Assembly: GCF_001194135.2 (NCBI RefSeq)
Contig: NC_068999.1
Span: forward strand, 28,305,541 to 28,367,157
From: Octopus bimaculoides
Taxonomy: Eukaryota
DNA: 61,617 nt
Direction of reading: 5' to 3'
Shown here: positions 49,311-61,617 of the stretch, piece by piece
Numbering within the stretch: position 1 is the stretch's first letter
Layout: each line of letters opens with the position of its first letter
Translations under genes and position numbers: made by a program
Notes under the pieces: generated by a model
Told to the model about the DNA's origin: nothing
Database searches by the model: none
The model's input: only the letters and a program-made list of their open reading frames with translations

Positions 49311-50362
49311 GTATGATAGCTTGTAATCTGGAAAAAGATAGCCCTGAACAGAGTTTATTATATTCATTCAAAGTAAAAGAGCATTATGTACTGGATTTTT
49401 TTTTTTTTTTAATGTTTCTTGAACTCTCATAATAAATAAAGGTCTCATCTAAGGAAAAGGAAGCTTTCTAAAACACAAAAAAAAAAACTCAGTGAGCAAT
49501 TGGTTCCTTTATTCAAACTGACTGGTGTGTTTAATGTTCTGAATCCTTCTTAGCATTTCAATGAACTTAATGTTAAGTGACATTACACTTCCAAATATTC
49601 TGGATATGGTTAATTTAAAGGAAATATTAGAAAGCTTAAAACTGAAGCACTTAGATAAATCAGAAGCCTTTTCAACCAAATGCATAAAGATTTTGAGGTA
49701 ATTGTGCACATAAGCTATGTTGTTGGTGAAAATATTAAACATTCTANNNNNNNNNNNNNNNNNNNNNNNNNNNNNNNNNNNNNNNNNNNNNNNNNNNNNN
49801 NNNNNNNNNNNNNNNNNNNNNNNNNNNNNNNNNNNNNNNNNNNNNNNNNNNNNNNNNNNNNNNNNNNNNNNNNNNNNNNNNNNNNNNNNNNNNNNNNNNN
49901 NNNNNNNNNNNNNNNNNNNNNNNNNNNNNNNNNNNNNNNNNNNNNNNNNNNNNNNNNNNNNNNNNNNNNNNNNNNNNNNNNNNNNNNNNNNNNNNNNNNN
50001 NNNNNNNNNNNNNNNNNNNNNNNNNNNNNNNNNNNNNNNNNNNNNNNNNNNNNNNNNNNNNNNNNNNNNNNNNNNNNNNNNNNNNNNNNNNNNNNNNNNN
50101 NNNNNNNNNNNNNNNNNNNNNNNNNNNNNNNNNNNNNNNNNNNNNNNNNNNNNNNNNNNNNNNNNNNNNNNNNNNNNNNNNNNNNNNNNNNNNNNNNNNN
50201 NNNNNNNNNNNNNNNNNNNNNNNNNNNNNNNNNNNNNNNNNNNNNNNNNNNNNNNNNNNNNNNNNNNNNNNNNNNNNNNNNNNNNNNNNNNNNNNNNNNN
50301 NNNNNNNNNNNNNNNNNNNNNNNNNNNNNNNNNNNNNNNNNNNNNNNNNNNNNNNNNNNNNN

Positions 50363-52865
50363 CCCCTTTCCCTAACCTGCACAAAGGCATGCTCTTTCTC
50401 TTCTGTGGGTTGCGGCGATGCGGTACATGGATGTCTCCACTCGTACTTGAATATTGCCCTGTGTGGCACTGACTCCTCAGCCTGTCCCAACCTGGGTGAT
50501 ATTATACCAAAAAACAGCTTCCACCAGTGAGATGTGGCCCCTCTCTGCTATGGTTTTGATGGTGCTATGATGCCTCTCCACAACCCCATTGCCACTTGGC
50601 CAGTATTCCGCACTGATGAAACAGCTAACATGCCATTTATCCGGCATTCCCCTCAACACCTCAAGTGAAACGCAGTGCCATTGTCCACAAGCAGCTCATC
50701 CACAGGGCCTTGTTCTAGGAATATTTCATTTAGTATTCTTATGATTTCCTCCGCAGTCCCTGTCTTCATCTCCCTACATGTGGCCAATCACCCCGGTCCG
50801 CAGTCGACCTTCAAGAGGTATGTCCCCTGCCAGTAGTGCATCACGTCCACTGCCAGTTGTTTCCAGTTGTGTTCCACTGGAATGCTTCCTGCCTCATGCA
50901 CACCTGGAGTGGAGTCAATGGACTGGCACCTGTCACAGCTCCCAACTACTCTCTGGACACTCTGTTTGGTCATGCCAGAGTCAACTTTCCTGGCCAGGGA
51001 CAGGGTCCTGTCCACCCTCATGTGATGCATGGTATGCTGTCTCCTCGGCTCCAAGTCACTCAGTCGACACACTGCAGCCACTCCTTGCTCCAGATCTTCC
51101 AGCACCTGCAACCAGGCTTTCTTTACTCTGGTCAGGAAATCCGCTCTATTCCTCTCAGAAGGCACAAAAACCACACTCAACCTCAGATCAAATTCGGCAG
51201 CTAGCTCACCCAGTATTCCCAAACGGTGTCTTAGCAGTATCTCTGTGCCCCCCTTTGGTTCACACCCTCTGGTCGCCAGTGACCACTGATCCCACCCATC
51301 TAAGTATAGTGGCCGAATCAGTCCGGATCTCGATGGTGCACAGCCCCCACCTCAGGGTCAGGTTCAGCCCCTTTAACATGCCATCCATCTCTGCTACATT
51401 GATGTGGTTGCAGTCGTCCTTCATCCTGAGCGTACAGGCCACATCCTCCACCACAACACCTCCAATTTCCAGGACAACTCTCATTGCTATGCTGCTAGCA
51501 TCACACCGCATGATCCCATTCTTCAATTTTGGGCACATACCAGTTTCCTCTTACTGGGTCCTCCAAGACTTCTCTGCATCATGGCAGTTGTCTTCTCGCT
51601 CACGTTGTCACTCCACCTTACTCCTTCAGCTCACCTCTTGATGAAGCTGCATGCCGTCCAGAGTGATCCTGCAATCAGGTAGTGTCCCAGCAGCTTCCCA
51701 CACACAAGAAACAGTTCTCGCTTGCTCATCTTCGTGCCCAGTTCTGGGATCTCATTCCCTCTCCGAAACACCAATGTGCCGGCCTTGTCTCTCCATAGCA
51801 GCTCCTCCTTCCATTGCCTCCAGTGGTTTGGCAGTTAGCCCAAAACCTTTCGGGTAGCTTATGACCTCCTTTGCCAACACTATGCTCTCATCCACCAAGA
51901 TGTCATCAATATAGGAATTGGTGGCTCTTTTCACTTTGTCCACCTTTCCCAGGATGGTTTTGAGAATCGTTGCCATAATCTTCAGTTTCTAACCTGGTCA
52001 GGCAGTATATCCGACCCTGGTACCTTACCAGCTGATATTTCCACAGTCTCTCAGCCACATGCAGCTGCAGGTATGCCAACTTCAAATCAGCGGTTGTGGA
52101 GGCCCCTATCATCTGCCTCCACTCTTTCAAGGTTTCACTGCAAATGTCCATGGCTTTGCCGCCCGTATGGCACAATACATGGTTGTTCAGCTCTCAGAAA
52201 TCTAATACTGGCCTGTCTTTATGTTTCATCGGTTGCACCGCTGCCATCAATGGTAGCACTCCACTCTCCACTTCCTCCTTCCAAAGGATCAGAATACCTT
52301 CCTTGATCCACTGTTCCACCTCTCCTTCAAACTCGCTTCTGGCATCCCCTTTCAGGGTATGCTGATAGCAGCTTACTGTGTTTTTCAATGTCAGAGAATC
52401 TCTCTTCCAGTACTATTCCACTGTCCACTGCCAGCTGTCAAGCACAGCCCGAAAATCCTTGCCTGTAATGGTGTGTGCAGCATATTTTTCTTCGCAACTC
52501 TCACCACTCTCCTGTCGCGAACTCACAGCACATAGCGCCCCTGCATCACCAAATGTCACGCCGGTTTCATTGACTGTGACACCTCCCAAACAGACAATAG
52601 CGTCCATCCCCATCCCCACATCAGTTCCGTCCACCATGCAGTTGATGATTGCACGCAACCTCAATCTCGTTCCTCGTACGACCATCTCCACATCGCTACT
52701 TCCTCTGCATTCAATTTCCGTACCGTCAACAGTCCTTACACTACTCGCTCCACTCCATTCTTCTACCACCCCCGGAGTCATTAGGGTTGTTGAGCAGCCC
52801 ATGTCCACAAGAGCTCAGGATACCTTTCCCTCCACCATGACGTCCACTACTGGCAACAACCTTGG
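50363..52865 (-). mobile_element. Ty3/Gypsy pol relic: protease, RT, RNase H, integrase; frameshifted, no LTR seen
   Basis: D(M/T)GCSTTL protease; LKLAYLQL and SYIDDILV RT; RCDASS...NVAEMD...IRTDS RNase H; HHM.VDRT...CDRCQSID...LAVDV integrase, in Gypsy order. Confidence 0.9.
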
Positions 52866-52931
52866 AATTTGAGAGGGGAGGTAAAAAAAAGATACTGCTC
52901 TTCTTGCCCTTCTCTCCTTATCTCCACTAGT

Positions 52932-54382
52932 TACACTCCTGTTATAACATCAGTTATAATGTAATGTGATTATCTTTTAGATTTTAGTTGCAATATTTTT
53001 AACAAATGTTTTGTTGATGAACAAATAAAGTTTACTGATAAACAATAAAGAACACAAATAATATTTTAAATTTATTTTGTGAAAAAATCTAACATATTTT
53101 CTTGCTTATATTTCGAATTTTTAATAGCATTTAAACGTTTTTCTAATTTTTTTATAAGTAATAAATTTTCAGTAGTCATATCTTCTGCTTCTGTCGAATC
53201 ACAAAGAAGATTCAGAGCTTTACTTATATCTTTAGTTGTAGGTTTAGGTTTTGGTGCTGGTTCCTTGTCATCACATTGTTCTAGTGGTTTCCGAGTCAAT
53301 TATCTCTTAATCGGTCATCTCAGTAAAAGTTTTTGCATTGTCGTCGAAACTAATGAACTCATCTGCAGTCATCACCAATGAAGGGTCAGTATTAAGTTTA
53401 GGAGCAGTTTGTTTAATCAGTTCAGCTAGTGGTATATTGACATCATCATCACTGCTTTCAACTTTTGTGTCTGTGGTTTCAGGTTTTTGAGTGAGACCAT
53501 TGTAGTGCCAGCGGTTAGAAATAGCAGGTGTCACAGAGTCCCAAGAATTTTTGATGTATCAAATAGCATCAGTTAGGGTAACGTTACAAGTATCGCTTTC
53601 GTTTAGTTGAGTGATTATCTGATCTAAATGTACTGTTTGTAGTTAGATTTGGAGTTGTGAATTATTCCAGCATCTAGGTGTTGTAGGTGGCACGTTGTTG
53701 TCAGTGGGAGAAAGTGAACTTCTACATTGGTGAGTTTATCGGGTATGTTGTGTCTAGGGGCATTGTCCAATATCAGTAAAATTTTTCAGTGCTGAAGTTG
53801 CATTTTCTTATCAAGATCTTTCATCCAACTGCTAAACATACTTCAGTTCATCCAAGCTTTGCTATTGTAGTCGTAATCTACATAAAGTTTGTAGTTGAAA
53901 TTCTTAAAACATTGGGGTTTGGACACCTCCAATAACAAGTGGTCGTAGTTTTTCGCTGCCATCAGCATTACAAGCTAGTGTCACCATAAGTTTTCTTTTT
54001 GCTTTTTGACACCTTTGGTAAAAATTTTTCTTGTAAGCAATTTATTAGGTAATTGGCACAAAAATAAACTTGTTTCGTTGATATTAAAAATATTCCTTGG
54101 TTCAAATTTCTTCATTTTCTCTTTAGCACACTATAAACCAGCAGTAATTAATTGTTGATCTGTACCAGCACTTTCACCAGAAGGAATCTGACATTTAGTT
54201 GAGTATCTCTGCTTACATCTATGAAGCCAACCATTGGAATAAGTGAAATATTTTATATTCAATTCTGGTCCAAGTTTCTTTACTTTGTTTCTCAAAATTC
54301 CATCTGTTATATCACCGTTGTTAGTACAAATACTCGTAAACCATAAAAAAAGAGCTTCTTCTAAATTTGTGTGTTTGGCAGT
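52932..54382 (-). mobile_element. pogo/Tigger-like transposase relic with probable 3' end
   Basis: LEEALFLWF...NGWLHRCKQRY (CENP-B HTH); KKRKLMVTL, LLILDNAP.H, IQPLD-like DDE motifs; C-terminal KQENMLDFF; TA-cactcctgttataac Tigger-like end at about 52932. Confidence 0.85.
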
Positions 54383-55434
54383 TTTCCAAACTTTGATTCC
54401 CCACTTTGTGAGCTTTCCTGCCATATACTGTTGGAAGCATGCCCTTCCTTTATACTCCACCATGCTCTCATCGACGAATAAGTATTTCTCTGGTTGTAAA
54501 GTGTTTTATATGGATTTTGAATGCAGTCAATGAGGGGTCTTATTTTAAATAAGGGATCAAAGTTTGGTTCTCCATGTACTGGGGTACTACTAGTGTCTCT
54601 CACATGTAAATACTTGTTCAGTTTCACAAATCATATTTGTGACATAATACTGGAAACTGGAAACTGATCACCAAAAGGTTCCTGATTGCTCCAGTAATTT
54701 GTAATCTTGGGTAATTGTCTTATACTCATGATAATATTCATGGCAAAAATGCCTGTATTTCTTCTACAGTTGTGGGAAACCACAAGCTATCTTTTTTTCC
54801 AGTTTGTTTGTATTCTGCATAATGGTTTGTTTCCGCAGTGATGGCTTCAAACAAACATACTGGAAAAAATAAGAGAAAAAAGTCTAACGGTTTCACTTCC
54901 TGAGAAAGACTATGGGTAGACCCTGGCTCCTCAGAAAAATTGCTAATAAAAATATTTTTTAACTTTTTACTCCATTCCAGTGTAAAATCATCCTTGCTGT
55001 CACTGTTGCCACTTTCAGTTTCTTCAGAATCGCTGCTTTCAGTTTCGGATACAGAAATATCTGATTCTTTCTCATACACTACATGCTTTTGTACTTCATT
55101 CATTCTCTTTATTGATATCTCTATATTTTCTGTTGAGAAACCCCCAAATTTGGTATCACTGCTTGATAGCATGAAACTCCTATCCATTTTCAAAGTTGAA
55201 AAAAATCGATACAGACAAAATGTGGGAAAAAAATCCCCCAAAATTCACTGAGTTCAGATATCATGTCAAACAATGTCCTATACTATAACTCAACTATTTA
55301 CAAAGTGAAATCACATGTTTTCACAAATGTACTACCAAGATTTGTGTTCAAATTCACATTTAAATAACGGCCAGGTTGGTTGTTAGAACCAAAATATTTT
55401 CCAGCCGACTATGGCCGGGTTGGTATTGAAAGGC
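54383..55434 (-). mobile_element. piggyBac-like element, 5' half
   Basis: TTAA|GCCTTT terminus at 55434-55438; acidic N-terminus; WFPTTVEEIQAFL, FDPLFKIRPLID, DESMVEYKGRACFQQYMAGKLTKWGIKVW. Confidence 0.88.
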
Positions 55435-55645
55435 TTAAGAGAAAGAGAGAGAGTGGTTAAAGAAAGGAAAAAATATCTAAAACTGTTCAACTGCAATTTT
55501 AATTTTTAAGTGATTGTTCTAAACTTTCCCTCAAAAATCATATTTAAGAGTATTTGGTACAAATTAGCCAGCAATGTATTCTGCATATTCTTGTGTTTGT
55601 GTGGTTTTTATGTATGTGTGTATATGTATGTATGTACCTCTGTCC

Positions 55646-55683
<38 letters not shown>

Positions 55684-56059
55684 GTGTGTGTGTGTGTTTT
55701 GCTGCTATGTACCATGTTTGTATGTATGAGTGCACATCTTCATATGTGTAGACAAGTGTGTGTGTATATGTGGCCATGTGTTTCAGTCTCTATTTGCGTA
55801 TGTGGTTGTCTGTTCATATACCCTATGTACCTACCCATCTGTATGTAGACCTGTTGGTTTACATATACATACATGTGCATGCACACNNNNNNNNNNCTGT
55901 ATGTAGACCTGTTGGTTTACATATACATACATGTGCATGCACACACACACACACACACACACACATACATACATCTATCTGCATAAAAGCCCATTAACTG
56001 TTCTACTTTACCTGTGTAAAATGTGGGTATGGTATTTATGTATATTTCCGATTTAGTAT

Positions 56060-58240
56060 TGGGGAAGTTTCATTTATATAAAAAACATAGTGAGGAGGGG
56101 ACCCACCAAATCAGCTCCTCTGTTGACAGAGGCCTACATAAACTGAGACAGCGAATTAGGAACAGAGAATTAGTGTGCCTCCCTACGGACAAGTCTGGCA
56201 GACTGTCAATAGACAGCCGTCAGAACTATGTCCAGACCATGCAACAACACATCAGTAACATGAGAGAAGTTGCACCACAAGAACATGAAAAAGTGGAAAA
56301 AATCCTCAACGCACACATGGGAATGTGGTGCAACATACTCCAACCTACAAAAAGGACAGCACACAATTTCCAAGTTACCAACAACGATATTCCTACACTA
56401 TACGGGTTATGCAAAGACCACAAACCCTACATAAACCCTGTCATGGGGCCTCCAACCAGACCAGTTTGTGGAGCAAATATCTCCAGCAACTATAGACTGT
56501 CCTACTTCCTCTCACAGGTATTACAATCTCTCATAGAGATGTCTCCAGATGTCTGTGTGAGCACGGAAGATTTCCTCAGTAAAATCAGTACTTGCAACCA
56601 CTCCAACGACCTCACAGGTTGTGTAGTGGGTAGTATGGATGTGATTTCACTCTACCCCTCTATAGACATAGATTTTGCTGTGGAGATATGCATTCAGGTG
56701 ATCTGTGAGAGTAAAGTGGAGTTCCGCAAGGTAAACACGAGGGAACTGGGCCTCCTCCTCAGACTAAGCTACGACAGTAACTATTTGGNNNNNNNNNNNN
56801 NNNNNNNNNNNNNNNNNNNNNNNNNNNNNNNNNNNNNNNNNNNNNNNNNNNNNNNNNNNNNNNNNNNNNNNNNNNNNNNNNNNNNNNNNNNNNNNNNNNN
56901 NNNNNNNNNNNNNNNNNNNNNNNNNNNNNNNNNNNNNNNNNNNNNNNNNNNNNNNNNNNNNNNNNNNNNNNNNNNNNNNNTAAAAACCACCTTGAAGAAC
57001 CACATCGTAAAGTTCAACAAGAAACTATACATGCAGGTTCAAGGTGCAGCCATCGGCGTTGGTGTAGCTGGAGATGTGGCCGGCCTCTTCATGACTTGGT
57101 GGGACAGAAAACTTAAACATATGTTAGCAGAACAGTCCACAACTCTTCTACTTTACAGCAGATATGTAGATGACATTAATATCATAGTTAGGACCAACTC
57201 TAGTGACAGTCGTGTAGAAACAGAAAGGAACGTAATGGAGAGCATCCAGCAAATAGCTAACTCCATCCACCAAAGTATCAAGGTAACTATAGATTACCCG
57301 ACTAAACACCCCAACAATAAGCTCCCGGTACTTGATACTAAACTTTGGTTAGAGACTGTGAACAATAGAGTGCAGCTCCTCCACTCATATTATATGAAGC
57401 CCATAGCTTCAAAATATGTTATTCACAAGAACTCAGCTTTGTCACACAGCATGAAAATTAACATACTGATAGCAGACTTAGTTAGGATAATGAACATTTC
57501 CCCACTATGCAAGCCCTATGAAATGAAAAAACATATACAGAACTTCATGCACCGCATGCAGTTCTCTGGATATGATCAGAAAGATAGGGTTCGAGTATAC
57601 AGGGGAGCTAGAAAGAGGTTAGATAAAATTATACGTAATGATACCAGTGGTACCTGCCCTAGATATAGAAACAAAGAATGGAATAGGATACAAAGAATTT
57701 ATGACAAAGCCAACAAGGCGACCATGTGGTATAAAACCGACAGATATCAAGGAGTGATGTTTATAGAGGCCACAGCCCATGGAGAACTAGCACGTAGGTT
57801 TAGAAAAGCTCTGAAGGAGTCCAAATTCAACATTAAGATTGTTGAAAAGCCAGGGAACTCCATCAGACCACAACTATGTAGGATGTACCTTCTTTGAGAA
57901 TACCATATGTACCAATGATAACTGCATGGTATGTAGGATTAGCCCTGGCATTAACTGCAGAAATAGAAATGTAGTTTACAGCATAAAATGCATTGAAGGT
58001 GCTTGTAAAGACCTGAATATGACATATATAGGTGAAACATCTAGGAGCATTGCGGAATGACTAAACGAACATATGAGACAATATGACGACAAAATACAGT
58101 CCTCCATACTCTACCAACATGCCAAAGACCAGCATGGAGGCAACTTGGGTCAACTTGACATCCGCATCTTATCCAAGCACCCAAAAGACGCAGCTCTAAG
58201 GCAAATACGGAATAAAGAAATAGATATGTCAGCTTTCTAA
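56060..58240 (+). mobile_element. Near-complete Penelope-like element ORF (RT + Cys-rich linker + GIY-YIG), mildly decayed
   Basis: PTDKSGRL, LYGLCKDHK, RPVC, SMDVISLYPSI, QVQGAAIG, YSRYVDD; then frameshift to CMVC...NVVYSIKC...TYIGETSRSIAE*LNEH. Contains a gap. Confidence 0.92.
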
Positions 58241-58259
58241 CAAAAAATAAATATTGTCA

Positions 58260-58780
58260 AAATATAATAATGGCGCTAAATTAGCAGCTGTCAAAGTTTA
58301 ACATATATCTTACTACAAATTTCATACATGATGACCTAATATTTGTATTATATCTATATGTGAGCCTGAATTCAGGAGGGTCAGTATCATCAAGGACATC
58401 TATATTTAGATCACCTAGATTTGGAACCATTTCATTCAACTTTATTCTAAATGGAGTATTTCTAATGTAAAAGATCTTCTTGTCGAAGCCACTATTCTTT
58501 AAAGCTAGATTATAGGCAGGTGCATGGTTGTTAAAGATCTGCTCACTGGCTGATAGGTTAGATATTCTAATGCATGTCATTGATATATTGAATGGTTTTG
58601 TCTTTTAGAAATCAGTAAAATAGACAGTATCTAAATTTAGAGTAATATCTAAATAATTTACTTAGATATATTTACAAATGTAACGCTTAAAGTAAATTTC
58701 TTAAATATCTTATTAAATTGCTTCCTACTTTTATCCACCTTTTGCAAAGGAAAACCAGAGACGGCTAATAAAGCGCCATC

Positions 58781-58785
<5 letters not shown>
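58260..58785 (-). mobile_element. Second, different PLE fragment (RT C-terminal half)
   Basis: DG.LLAVSG...[15 protein letters not shown]...YLDITLNLDT...SEQIFNNHAPAYNLALKNSGF. Confidence 0.8.
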
Positions 58786-58813
<28 letters not shown>

Positions 58814-59034
58814 ATATATATATATATATACACATATATGTATATGCATATATGTGTGTGTGTGTGTGTATATGTATATATTTGTGTGTGTGTGTATGTA
58901 TATATATATATGTATATATGTGTGTGTGTATATATATATGTATGTATACATATGTATGTATATATACACGTTTATATATATATATTTACATATATACATG
59001 TATATATACATATATGTATGTGTGTATATATATG

Positions 59035-60716
59035 TCTTAATATATAAAGCTGAAGTTGTGTGTCTGTGTGAAGCCTTTTTAAAAGTTTATAGAAATCCAC
59101 ATTTTCCACTTTTTTGTAAAAAATTTTACATCAATGGAATTTTCTCGATGTGAACTTTCCAGTGCAGTAATTAGATTTTTTAAATTTTGTTTACTTTGTG
59201 TGATTTAAGGAAGATTTGGTTGTTGTTTCTAGCAACTTTTATATTTCTTCCATTCTACCTGTACCGGCGTTCTTACACATCAATCATGCGCTCAACATAT
59301 AATATAGAGAGTAAGAGTAAAAGAGGGAGAGAGAGAGAAAGTGATACATACAAAGTCATAGATTAACTTGGTTTAAGACTATTCTTTCCTTCTATCTACC
59401 TTTTCACTCTCACATTGTTCTTCTTCCTCTCTCCCATTTAAATAGCTTTCTTCTATCCCTCTACCTCTAACTATCCACATGACCTGGTCATCTGGGGCTT
59501 ATCACCATTTCTCTGCTTCGACCATTGTCTGTCTGCATGTTCAGCGTCCTTGTCTCTTCTTAGTATTTTTTACCTATTTTTCATAACATAGAAACGTAAA
59601 AACACACGCAACCATACATACGTGATCTGTGACAACAACATACACATAAACACATACACACATCAACATTATAGATATAAGATTTAGTTTGTGTGTGTTT
59701 CTTATATAAACGCGCACGCATTGCTATTTTATAACTGTCTTCCATTCTCCCTTCCTCTCTTTCTCTTCATTGCTCCCGTTCTCTATTCCTTTCTCCACCT
59801 CTCTCTCTCTTCCTCTCTCCCTCTTCTCTCTCGCTCTCTCAAACGCATACACGCGCACGTACACACAAGCATTCACTACAATATAACTCATGTTCGTCAA
59901 TGTTTTGTAAATATACAAACTACGGAACTTATGTAGACAGGACAACACATTGCAAATCAGTGAACTTCATTAGAAATGTGGGTTATTTTTCAGATTAACA
60001 CCCGCACGATTTTCACTTTGGTGTTAGGGTTAGGGTTTTAGGGTCAGGGTTAGGGTTTTAGGGTTACGGTTAGTATTAGGGTTAGTGTTAGGGTTTTAGG
60101 GTTAGGTAATTGTGCTGGTGTTAATCTGAAAAATTACTGAAATTTGTAAACTACCGACCCTGCCATCTGTTATAACTTTTGTTGTTCTGTTTAATATATA
60201 CATAGATTATGACTCCATAGAAGAGAGTTTGCTGGAGAAAGAAAGCAACCGGTTTAAAATGACAGCAACAGACTGCAGCAATTCACCACATTCCAGAAGC
60301 TACTTTGAACATAATGCAGAATGGTGCATCAACATCTACTGCCCAATCTGATAGAATTCTGGCAGTACTGTGTAGCAACAGATTGCCAGCAATTGCTTCA
60401 TCAGATATTGCTGTCCTAGCTCCTGCAAAAAGGGATTACCCTACTATGTATAATCAGGGCAGTGCAAAAAGTTGTTTTGCACAAGCATTTGTATAGCCAA
60501 TTAGACGGATTAAATTTACGTACGCTTAATAATGTTACGCTAAACAGCTTTCAGACTTGCCCTATTAATTTCATCGTCTTTTGAATTATGAACATATTTA
60601 CATCATAAGGGTTTTTTCGTTGTAAGGCTTTCTTTTTTAGTTGATTTTCACCTAGCAAGACTTACTGTAGATGGCGTAATAAGTCACACCTGGACAACGT
60701 CGGGTTATACTTCTTG
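59035..60716 (+). mobile_element. Non-autonomous Helitron-like element
   Basis: TCTTAATATATAAAGCTG start; hairpin cctggacaacgtcggg followed by degenerate CTTG|T end; internal blocks shared with 35239-36178. Confidence 0.65.
59984..60135. repeat. Degenerate (TTAGGG)n tract enclosed by about 28-bp inverted repeats
   Basis: TATTTTTCAGATTAACACCCGCACGATT ... AATTGTGCTGGTGTTAATCTGAAAAATTA around about 85 bp of TTAGGG/TTTTAGGG variants. Confidence 0.85.
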
Positions 60717-60794
60717 TATATATATAATATATATCAACATATATGTATATATATGTGTATATATGTATGTGTGTGTGAGTGTATATATATATAT

Positions 60795-61617
60795 ATATCA
60801 ACTTCAGGAAACCTGCCTGTCACCTAGTCACCTACCGATCCGGCAGACACTCTTGCCAAATCGACTACATCCTCGCCAGAAATAGGGAAAGAGGGCGGCT
60901 TATAAATGTCAAAACCTTCCCTGGCGAAGAATGTACCCCTCAACACAGATTAGTAGTTAGCGACTTCGGGATAAAGGCAAAATGGTTGCCCAGAAGTAGA
61001 CCGGCTTAGAGGAGAAGGGTGTGGAAGCTTAAAGACCTTGCAAATGGACGGAGATTTAGAGACATGTTACTCAAAGCATTTGACGAAATAGAAGAGGATA
61101 TAGCATCATACAATGTGGAAGACAATTGGAGATTTCTGCGGGACAACCTGCTGAGAGCCACCGACCAGATCTGTGGCTGGTGTAAAGTCCCCTCTCGACC
61201 CAGAGTAACAAGGTGGTGGAACGATGAGGTAGACGGCTATTAGACAAAAGAAACAGGCTTGGAAGGACTGGAAGAATGGAGGTAGCAGGGAATTGTACCA
61301 ATCTGCCAGAAGGGAAGCTAGGCGACAGGTTTATTTAGCCAGAGGGGAAGCAGATAAGAAAAAATTTGCCAATGTTCTGCGCCGTGAGGACCAAAGACTT
61401 GAGGTATTTCATGTTGCAAGACAGTGTAGGAGAGAGAATAGTGATGTCGTAGGAGAGAAATGTGTTCGCATGGATGATGGTACGCTTGCACTAAATGAGG
61501 CTACAAAGAAAGAGGTCTGGAGATGCCACTACGATAGATTGCTCAATAAAGAGAATGAATGGGAGAAAGAGAGTCTGCCATATGTTGACCCAACAGAGGG
61601 ACCAGCTATCCGAGTTG
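60795..61617 (+). mobile_element. RTE LINE: endonuclease C-terminus and linker, runs off the window
   Basis: SQIDYIL-like ...GEECTPQHRLVVSDF...VWKLKD...TRWWNDEVD...; few lesions. Confidence 0.88.

Noticed and set aside
60023-60107. Chromosome end or telomere fusion site
   Set aside because: Short, degenerate, single orientation and enclosed in a repeat.
60305-60496. Small ORF repeated at 35244-35312, with a nearby minus-strand CUGAUGA
   Set aside because: Part of a repeated Helitron-like interior; no GAAA follows the motif and the peptide has no recognisable domain.

Overview
AT-rich, gap-ridden eukaryotic draft sequence dominated by microsatellites and transposon debris. The repeat types and their density suggest an octopus or other coleoid cephalopod (inference, not verified). 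One host gene is visible on the + strand: an internal exon encoding the third SH3 domain of a CIN85/CD2AP (SH3KBP1)-family adaptor (33389-33576), plus two phase-compatible candidate downstream exons. Most of the window is therefore probably intronic. The rest consists of RTE LINEs (with a PHD-like finger inside the RT), a CR1-like LINE, a HERO-like fragment, several Penelope-like elements (PLEs), a Ty3/Gypsy relic, Helitrons, Tc1/mariner, pogo and piggyBac relics, and tRNA-derived SINEs. The most notable signal is absent from the ORF track. At least four different non-coding repeat families carry minimal type I hammerhead ribozymes (HHRs) with palindromic stem III, read by eye. These occur as a 520-522 bp tandem unit, as long fold-backs, and as single units next to (TA)n. 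They look like a set of PLE-dependent, retrozyme-like non-autonomous elements. The general class is known; whether these families and their shared inversion geometry have been described could not be checked. No folding, alignment or database search was run. Repeat boundaries are approximate.
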